This document shows, one piece after another, positions 57,526 through 64,000 of a stretch of DNA of 64,000 bases; position 1 is the first letter of the stretch, and every line of letters starts with the position of its first letter. Both the position numbers and the translations under genes were made by a program. This stretch comes from Bacteroidales bacterium. GTDB taxonomy: Bacteria; Bacteroidota; Bacteroidia; Bacteroidales; UBA7960. The notes under the pieces were generated by a model. The model saw only the letters and a program-made list of their open reading frames with translations, searched no databases and was not told where the DNA came from. The stretch covers positions 6,916-70,915 of the forward strand of contig PWKN01000217.1 in assembly GCA_003559735.1 (NCBI GenBank). The letters are read 5' to 3'.

Positions 57526-58491
57526 TCAGTAGTATTTGTTTTTTTCCAGGTAGTTGTTCACATAATCTGCAATACCCTGTTTCAGGGTACCGAAAGGTTT
57601 GTCATAGCCTGTGCCCCTTAGTTTGCCGATTCTTGCCTCGGTAAAATACTGGTATTTGTTCCGTATCGGTTCGGGTGTGTCGACAAAGCGGATCACTGGT
57701 TTTTGTTTCATGGCCTCAAATACGTACCCGGCGAGGTCTTTGAAACTGTTCGTTTGTCCGGTTCCCAGATTATAAATGCCATTGGAGGGTTGTTGTGTGA
57801 TAAAATAGGCACATACATCCACAACATCTTTGACATAGATAAAGTCTCTCTGCTGCTCTCCGTCTGCAATACCTGGCTTGTGGCTCCTGAAAAGCTCCAC
57901 CCGTCCGCATCCCTTCACCTGTTGAAATATGTGCCATATGGCTGATGCCATTCTCCCTTTATGGTATTCGTTTGGGCCGTAAACATTAAAAAACTTCAGT
58001 CCGGCCCAGAACGGGGGTTGCTGTTGCTGTTGCAACGCCCACTTGTCGAAATCGTGTTTGCTTTTCCCGTAAGGGTTCAGTGGCTTCAGGTCATTGATCC
58101 TTTCATGTTCGTCTGAATATCCATGTTCCCCTGCACCGTATGTTGCGGCTGATGATGCATATGCCATGGGCAGTTTGTATGCAGCACATAAACGCCAGAG
58201 ACTTTTCGAGTAATCGAGGTTCAGTAGCTTAAAAACACTGTCTTGCTGTTCGGTGGTATCGGTGCGTGCACCCAGGTGAAACAGGAAAGAGACATTTGTA
58301 TGGTTTTCGGCCAGCCACTGCAGAAACCCATCGCGGTGGATCATTTCAGAACATTCCTTTCCCGCCAGGTTTTTCATTTTGTCCCGGCGGGAAAAGTCAT
58401 CAACGAGTATCAGGTCCTTCCGCCCCTGCCTGTTCAGTTTACCGGCAAGGCAGCTGCCAATGAATCCTGCCGCACCTGTGATTGCTATCAT
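57526..58491 (-). CDS. NAD-dependent epimerase, ADP-L-glycero-D-manno-heptose-6-epimerase-like
   Basis: GAAGFIGS Rossmann motif, LILVDDF...K..NL, YASSAATYG and Y..SK are present, giving an HldD-like pattern. Confidence 0.6.
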   Translation of the reverse strand: MIAITGAAGFIGSCLAGKLNRQGRKDLILVDDFSRRDKMKNLAGKECSEMIHRDGFLQWLAENHTNVSFLFHLGARTDTTEQQDSVFKLLNLDYSKSLWRLCAAYKLPMAYASSAATYGAGEHGYSDEHERINDLKPLNPYGKSKHDFDKWALQQQQQPPFWAGLKFFNVYGPNEYHKGRMASAIWHIFQQVKGCGRVELFRSHKPGIADGEQQRDFIYVKDVVDVCAYFITQQPSNGIYNLGTGQTNSFKDLAGYVFEAMKQKPVIRFVDTPEPIRNKYQYFTEARIGKLRGTGYDKPFGTLKQGIADYVNNYLEKNKYY

Positions 58492-58506
58492 GATTCAATG
58501 CAGGGT

Positions 58507-60552
58507 CTAATCATCCATATCTTTGTTTGGCTGTTCCAGTCCGTAGCCAGACGTTTTGTCTTCCCGTTTCAGAAGAAAGGCAAATATGAGACCGACAAAG
58601 CCAAGCACTGAAAACACCAGCATCGCATTCGTATAATCGAGCGGCTTGATCACTTCCGCTTCGTACGTACCCTCTGACAGTCCGAAATAATCGGGATTGG
58701 CATACGCCAGTCGTCCGTAGCCCAGCGGTATTTCTATCCGTCCGTTGTCTTCTATGTAAAAACGGATCCTTTCCTGCCAGACCTGTATCTCATTAATGGC
58801 GAAGTCATCCTCCGCTCCCGGGGAAGAGACATTGGTTGTTGCGTCCCCATTGAAGGCTTCTTCTCCATCAACACCGTTCTGTTCACCTGCCACGGGTTCG
58901 GTAACGTGGTCGTATATGGTGAGCGTACCCCTCAAGGTTCGGCCAAACAGGTGTTCGTAGCGCCGGTCTGTTTTTGCAGTGAAATAATTATGTTCATCCA
59001 CAGACAGCGGTCCATCGAACAAGGTAAATACTTCCGATCGTCTTTCAGCCACCAGGCCAACAGTATATTCGGGCGACTCCTTCAGTTTTGAAAAGTCGAC
59101 ATCAGACAGTACATCGCCATGGCCAAAACGGATGCCAAACTGTCCGTTTTCATCTGTTTCGACCATATGTACTTCGCGCCAAACGACGTTTCCGCTGATA
59201 CTGTCTTCAAAAATGGTGGTGTTGACGTGTACGGACATATTGGCGTTGGGCTCTTTTTTGCGGTTGACATACCGGGTTTCGTAGTTCAGGTCATCTGACT
59301 GTACCTGGGTAAACTGTTCGGCTGTTATCTCTGTCCGGTAAAATGGGTTGGACGAATCGAGAACATACCCGATGACAATGGGGAACACCCACAGTCCGAT
59401 GTTTTGCACGGAGAACATAAATCCGTAGGCGGTACCCAGTTTGCTTTGTCTGACAATCTTTGTTACGGCGGGCCACATCGCGGCGGGAACGAGTGAGAAG
59501 GCGATACCCAGGAGGACGATCGGAACACGTGGTTCGATGTATGTTTTGGCGAACATCAGGTGTGCGATGATCAGCAATGCCGAGCCGAGGTACATCAGGG
59601 TGGCGCTTTTCCCTTTATTGTCGGCTACCCATCCGAACAGGGGTGTCAGCAGAATGGTACCATACATCAGGTATGAGGTTACATCTCCTGCCAGGGCCCT
59701 GGGCATTGCAAATTTATTCATCAGCAGGTCGGGGGCAAACTTCAGGAAGGGGAACACAGCCGAGTAAAAAGTCACACACAGGATGGTGATGTATATGACA
59801 GACCGGTTGGTAACCAGATCTTTCAGGTCACTCCACCTGAAATCGTCTTCAGGATCTTTGACACTGATCTCTGTCTGGCGGTCGAGCTTCAGGTCCATGA
59901 TCATATAGAACATAAATGCCAGGAGTCCGGCCCACATAACCAGTGCACCAAACCAAATGGCGGTGGTCCATTCGGGGTATACAAGACGTGGTGAGAGTGT
60001 AAAGGCAAGTGCAGCGCCCAGCCGGCCTATGGCAAGATTGAGTCCGAGTGCCAGCGCAAGCTCTTTGCCTTTGAACCATTTGACGATCACCTTTGACAAA
60101 ACAACGATGCTTGTTTCGGCACCCAGGCCAAAAATGAAAAATCCAAGCGACATCATCTTCAGTGCGGGCGAATAGCTGGTCAGGAATGAATTCATGAATT
60201 GATAACCGAAACCGCCGCTCAAAAAAGTATCAGAGGCGCCATATGCGGTGATCGTACCTCCGACGGCCATCAGGAAAATAAAAGAAAAGCCCGTGATACG
60301 TATCCCTATACGGTCAAGAATGATCCCCCCGAGTATGGCCATGGCCAGGAACACGTTCGGGATCGAATAGGCAGAGATAAAAAAGCCATATTCGGTCGAC
60401 GTAAACCCGAGGTTCATACGGATCAGGTCGGCCAGTGGTGCCAGGGCATCATAAAAATAGTAGTTGGTGGCCATGGCAAAGCTGGCCACTATCAATACGA
60501 CCCACCTTGCAGTTTTTGATTCAATTAGTTTCTTCTTGATTTTTGCTACCAT
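58507..60552 (-). CDS. MFS transporter with a ~230-aa soluble insertion before the last TM helix
   Basis: 681 aa. About 11 TM helices in residues 1-400 are followed by a hydrophilic region (about residues 404-635) and a final TM (AMLVFSVLGFVGLIFAFLL). Confidence 0.78.
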   Translation of the reverse strand: MVAKIKKKLIESKTARWVVLIVASFAMATNYYFYDALAPLADLIRMNLGFTSTEYGFFISAYSIPNVFLAMAILGGIILDRIGIRITGFSFIFLMAVGGTITAYGASDTFLSGGFGYQFMNSFLTSYSPALKMMSLGFFIFGLGAETSIVVLSKVIVKWFKGKELALALGLNLAIGRLGAALAFTLSPRLVYPEWTTAIWFGALVMWAGLLAFMFYMIMDLKLDRQTEISVKDPEDDFRWSDLKDLVTNRSVIYITILCVTFYSAVFPFLKFAPDLLMNKFAMPRALAGDVTSYLMYGTILLTPLFGWVADNKGKSATLMYLGSALLIIAHLMFAKTYIEPRVPIVLLGIAFSLVPAAMWPAVTKIVRQSKLGTAYGFMFSVQNIGLWVFPIVIGYVLDSSNPFYRTEITAEQFTQVQSDDLNYETRYVNRKKEPNANMSVHVNTTIFEDSISGNVVWREVHMVETDENGQFGIRFGHGDVLSDVDFSKLKESPEYTVGLVAERRSEVFTLFDGPLSVDEHNYFTAKTDRRYEHLFGRTLRGTLTIYDHVTEPVAGEQNGVDGEEAFNGDATTNVSSPGAEDDFAINEIQVWQERIRFYIEDNGRIEIPLGYGRLAYANPDYFGLSEGTYEAEVIKPLDYTNAMLVFSVLGFVGLIFAFLLKREDKTSGYGLEQPNKDMDD

Positions 60553-60624
60553 AAACTTGTTTTTTACAAAATGATTAAGTTGAACGGATAGCGGGAAGCC
60601 ATGCTGGGCAGGGTCCCGGTGGTT

Positions 60625-60963
60625 TTATTCCAGTTTTTTTCTTATTTCCAGCAAAAACCCACGAAGCTTTTCCAGTGTTTTGATGATCTCCAAATCTTTT
60701 TCAACCTGTCCCTGATTCTGTTTCATTTTCTCTTTGGCGCCTTTAAGCGTATACCCTTTCTCCTTGACCAGGTAATAGATTGTATGAAAATTATCAACAT
60801 CCCTTTGAGTGAACAGACGGTTCCCTTTTTTGTTCTTATGCGGACGAATGAGCTCAAATTCCGTTTCCCAGAACCTGATCAGGGAGGTGTTCACATGGAA
60901 CATCCTGGCCACTTCTCCAATGGTGTAATAGATCTTTCCGGTTTTTCCATCGGTGGATTTCAC
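60625..60963 (-). CDS. small MerR-family transcriptional regulator
   Basis: The HTH is YYTIGEVARMFHVNTSLIRFWETEF. The tracked ORF starts at a GTG (61005) and contains a TAnnTTTG box, so the start was moved to the GTG at 60963 (VKSTDGKTGKIYY). Confidence 0.7.
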   Translation of the reverse strand: MKSTDGKTGKIYYTIGEVARMFHVNTSLIRFWETEFELIRPHKNKKGNRLFTQRDVDNFHTIYYLVKEKGYTLKGAKEKMKQNQGQVEKDLEIIKTLEKLRGFLLEIRKKLE

Positions 60964-60978
60964 AATACGAAAATTTGT

Positions 60979-60986
60979 CAAAAATA
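60979..60986 (-). promoter_or_regulatory. putative -7 promoter box (TATTTTTG on the minus strand) of the small MerR gene
   Basis: Exact TAnnTTTG, 15 nt upstream of the GTG at 60963. Confidence 0.4.
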
Positions 60987-61076
60987 TAAAAAAGAACTGA
61001 GTCACAAGAACTTTTTACGCGTTCATATGCCACAGGCCATCTGTTTTGTTGCGAAAACATTGAAACATATGCTGTG

Positions 61077-61106
61077 TCTGCGGCTTTCGACGCCTTGCAT
61101 CGGACC
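61077..61106 (+). repeat. second copy of the 30-nt motif with the core CTGCGGCTTTCGACGCC
   Basis: See 56667-56696. This copy lies 18 nt upstream of the -7 box at 61124. Confidence 0.7.
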
Positions 61107-61123
61107 ATAATGATAAGTTTGAC

Positions 61124-61131
61124 TATTTTTG
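61124..61131 (+). promoter_or_regulatory. putative -7 promoter box (TATTTTTG)
   Basis: Exact TAnnTTTG overlapping the tracked start at 61129. The real start is therefore probably the ATG at 61159 or 61201. Confidence 0.4.
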
Positions 61132-61158
61132 TACCACGATGATCATAACCGTCGATCA

Positions 61159-62877
61159 ATGAAATCTTTCTGGTGTCACCATGTTTGTTGTCTGAATATC
61201 ATGCACAGGTTGCTTGTGATTGTTTGTTTCGGTTTGTTGGGTGCCTGTTCGGTGATGGATGCCGGACCAGCGCAGCTCCCCTGCCGCGATGCTGAATCTG
61301 GTCGTTTTGAAATGCACGATCAGGGTGTTGGACGGGGACAGGATTTCTTAGTGAGGGGGACATTGTTGTCGGAGATTCGTGCGGATGACGTGCACGGCCT
61401 GCCAGATTTTTTATTCCGTTTGCTGCCCGGTGTCAGGCATGATCACAGCCTGCGTCATATCGAATACCGGGTATTGAATTATGATGAAGGATTCAACCTG
61501 CGGGGCCGGCTCATAAGTAATGAATACGACACAGGGAAGGGTGTGCTGACATTCCGTGGTGGATCAAGGCGCGATATGCCTGTATCTGGTAGCATACAGG
61601 GTGTCCCGGAACGTGTTGAAGTAGATTGGGTGTTTTCAACTGACTTTAATGATACCAGGACCCGTCATGGAGTCTGGGGAGGCGGGATGGGGTGGACTGG
61701 TCAGCCTTTGATTGTTCAATGGCCCGACTCACTGATCCACTCTTTTTTTGATGCGAATGCTGATGGTGACCCTGTGGTTCAGAGTCCGGAACTGATCATT
61801 GCCTCTCTCTCAGGAACTGTTTTTTTTCTTGATCTTGAAAGCGGTGAAGAGACAAGCCCTCCCATTGCCACCGGCAATCCATTGAAGGGAACACCATCAC
61901 TCGATCCAAGGTTCAATGGCATGCTCTATGCAGGGCATGGGGTGCCACATACCGATTCGTTCGGTATTCATATGATAGATCTGAATAAGCACGCATCGGT
62001 TTTTTTCTATTCAGGCCATACTGATCGTGATGCATACCGGCGGTGGGGTGCATTTGACAGCAGTCCGCTGCTTGTTGGCGATTATCTCTACTGGCCTGGT
62101 GAGAATGGGTTGTTGTATAAATTCTTTATTGACAAGGGTGAGATCAGGCTGGTATCAAAATTGGTTTACAGGGTTCATGGCAGGTATGCCCCTGGTATAG
62201 AGTCGAGTCTGGCTGTATACCGGAATTACGGTTATTTTGGCGACAACCACGGCAACATCATATGCGTTAATCTTTTGACCATGGAACCGGTATGGCATTA
62301 CAACAACTTCGACGATACCGATGCAACCATTGTTATTGAAGTCGAAGATGGCATACCGTTCCTGTATACGGGCACACAGGTCGACAGGCAGGGGGAGGAG
62401 GGTTATTCACGGTTTGCCAAATTAAACGGACTCGATGGTACTGAAGTATGGACGACCCGTATCAAAGCCTACCGGGTAGCCTATCATGACAGGTATTTTG
62501 ATGGCGGGATGTATGCCACTCCGTTATTGGGCAGGGGAAATGCATCAGAGATTATCGTGTCGAATGTTGCCCATACCGACACAACGGGGATGGGTGAACT
62601 GATCGCTTTTTACAGGGAGAGCGGTGATGTTGCCTACAGGACGCCATTGCGGGCCTACAGCTGGTCTTCGCCCGTGGCCCTGTACAATGAACTTGACGAG
62701 ATGTTTATTTTTACTGCCGACCGAAGGGGAACGGTTTACCTGATCGATGGCAGTAACGGGGAAATATTGTTGCACAAAAACATCGGGCACAATTTTGAGG
62801 CCTCTCCGGTGGTGTGGGGAAACAGTGTGGTTATTGGCTCACGGGGAAGAGAAATTTACAAGATAGACATCAGATAG
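61159..62877 (+). CDS. PQQ-like beta-propeller repeat lipoprotein (BamB-like fold)
   Basis: A lipobox is present (LLVIVCFGLLGAC). Repeated G.(V/I).(F/C/L).(D/N)...G...W motifs also occur (GTVFFLDLESGEE, GNIICVNLLTMEPVW, GTVYLIDGSNGEIL). Confidence 0.55.
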   Translation: MKSFWCHHVCCLNIMHRLLVIVCFGLLGACSVMDAGPAQLPCRDAESGRFEMHDQGVGRGQDFLVRGTLLSEIRADDVHGLPDFLFRLLPGVRHDHSLRHIEYRVLNYDEGFNLRGRLISNEYDTGKGVLTFRGGSRRDMPVSGSIQGVPERVEVDWVFSTDFNDTRTRHGVWGGGMGWTGQPLIVQWPDSLIHSFFDANADGDPVVQSPELIIASLSGTVFFLDLESGEETSPPIATGNPLKGTPSLDPRFNGMLYAGHGVPHTDSFGIHMIDLNKHASVFFYSGHTDRDAYRRWGAFDSSPLLVGDYLYWPGENGLLYKFFIDKGEIRLVSKLVYRVHGRYAPGIESSLAVYRNYGYFGDNHGNIICVNLLTMEPVWHYNNFDDTDATIVIEVEDGIPFLYTGTQVDRQGEEGYSRFAKLNGLDGTEVWTTRIKAYRVAYHDRYFDGGMYATPLLGRGNASEIIVSNVAHTDTTGMGELIAFYRESGDVAYRTPLRAYSWSSPVALYNELDEMFIFTADRRGTVYLIDGSNGEILLHKNIGHNFEASPVVWGNSVVIGSRGREIYKIDIR

Positions 62878-62937
62878 CGCAACATCCGGTGGTGGTGTGC
62901 GAACTGTTGTTTTACCGTTGGCTGACAGTGTTTTTTG

Positions 62938-63906
62938 TCAGGACAATGACTGGTTTACCCGTGAGGCTCTTTCGATGATTATTTCAAACTCTTTGGGGGT
63001 AAGGTCGTTGTGAAAATAATGGACCGGGTTGACTGTCCGGTCGTTGCGGTGCACTTCATAATGCAGGTGCGGGGCTGTGGATGTGCCGGTATTTCCAACT
63101 TCGCCAATGACTTCGCCCCTTTGTACTTTTTGCCCTCGTCTGACGTCTATTTTGCTCATGTGGGCATACCTGGTCATGTAGCCATATCCGTGGTCAATTT
63201 CCACCATCAGTCCATATCCGTGCCGGTTCCTTTCAGCCCTGGATACAACACCGTTCCCTGTTGCGTAGATTGGTGTGCCGGTGGGTGCGGCAAAGTCTAC
63301 CCCCTGGTGCATTCTCATGGTTTTGTAAATGGGGTGCATCCGCATGCCGTAGCCAGACATCAGGCGCCGTGTGCCGTTTGAGATGGGGACGATGGCTGGT
63401 ATGGAAGCCAGCATGTCGGCTTTGTTGATGGCCATCTCAAATACTTCGTCATACGACTTTGACTGGACATACAACTGGCTGGCCAGCTGGTCTATGCGAC
63501 GCATTGTGCTTGATATCAGCTCGCTGTTTTGATATCCCGCAAGGTGGGAGTACCTGTCAGCACCACCAAATGCTGCCTCACGGATGGGCCGTGGTATGGG
63601 ATCTGCTTCGAAAATAACACGGTAGATGTTGTCATCTCGTTCCTGAATGTCGGTAAGGACATTGCCCAACACATCGATCCGGTCATTGAGGATCTCATAT
63701 TGCACCTGGAACTGATTTACCTCCCGGTTGAGCATACGCTCCCTGGGCGACTCAAAGAAAGTAAAGCCAATGACCAGAACAATGATGGAGAAAATGAGGC
63801 CGGCAAGTGCATAACCAAGAAGAATCTTTACTCTGTCCCAGAAAGTATTTTTAACACGTTCAACAGCCAGGGACTTAGTATTAAAACGATACTGAACTTT
63901 GCTCAT
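62938..63906 (-). CDS. M23-family metallopeptidase (membrane-anchored)
   Basis: An N-terminal TM is followed by a coiled region and the HQGVDFAAP.GTPIYA...G and HLHYEV zinc motifs. Confidence 0.85.
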   Translation of the reverse strand: MSKVQYRFNTKSLAVERVKNTFWDRVKILLGYALAGLIFSIIVLVIGFTFFESPRERMLNREVNQFQVQYEILNDRIDVLGNVLTDIQERDDNIYRVIFEADPIPRPIREAAFGGADRYSHLAGYQNSELISSTMRRIDQLASQLYVQSKSYDEVFEMAINKADMLASIPAIVPISNGTRRLMSGYGMRMHPIYKTMRMHQGVDFAAPTGTPIYATGNGVVSRAERNRHGYGLMVEIDHGYGYMTRYAHMSKIDVRRGQKVQRGEVIGEVGNTGTSTAPHLHYEVHRNDRTVNPVHYFHNDLTPKEFEIIIERASRVNQSLS

Positions 63907-64000
63907 ATCGATTATATACGCTCCTAGATCGTAAGTTTGTTACAATAAAGTTGCTTATTTATTGAATATAATGCTTTCGTTCACGCTGCAATAAAGTACA

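Noticed and set aside
1-64000. Scan for tRNA, rRNA, CRISPR arrays, transposase/integrase/phage genes and defence-system hallmarks
   Set aside because: No regularly spaced repeats with spacers were found. No T-loop GGTTCGAATCC-type arms were noticed in the intergenic regions, though I did not search all six frames exhaustively. No ORF carries recombinase, nuclease-helicase defence or toxin-antitoxin signatures. The window appears to be core chromosome.

Overview
The window looks like a core-chromosome segment of a Bacteroidota genome. Supporting evidence is many exact TAnnTTTG -7 promoter boxes 4-56 nt upstream of start codons, no obvious Shine-Dalgarno sequences, a CarboxypepD_reg-type TonB-dependent receptor, and a typical anaerobe gene set (IorAB, membrane pyrophosphatase, D-LDH plus lactate permease). 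I call about 49 protein-coding genes, almost all housekeeping. They include rplU-rpmA-serS, rsmA, lysC, dnaK, rpmB, ffh, folD-queE, dnaB, thyA/folA, hppA, gcvP and iorAB. I saw no rRNA, tRNA, CRISPR array, transposase, integrase or phage gene. I do not see a convincing multi-gene novel system such as a defence island, and I say so rather than force one. The observations most worth a second look are listed here. (1) A ~140-bp hairpin-forming intergenic repeat has two inverted copies. A separable 14-nt end module of it also occurs alone as a tandem direct repeat upstream of a nuclease-nucleoside transporter-thyA-folA gene string. (2) Ribosomal protein L27 carries a ~140-aa Lys/Ala/Pro/Glu-rich, histone-H1-like tail. 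(3) A MerR regulator with CarH/LitR B12-photoreceptor motifs sits next to an ECF sigma factor. It is divergent from a DnaB paralog that has only the C-terminal ATPase domain, with degenerate motifs. (4) An MFS transporter has a ~230-aa soluble insertion before its last helix. (5) A degenerate PP2C-like protein is fused to a TM helix and a LysM-like domain. (6) Several exact intergenic motifs and palindromes remain unexplained. All family calls come from reading the translated ORFs by eye; no searches were run.
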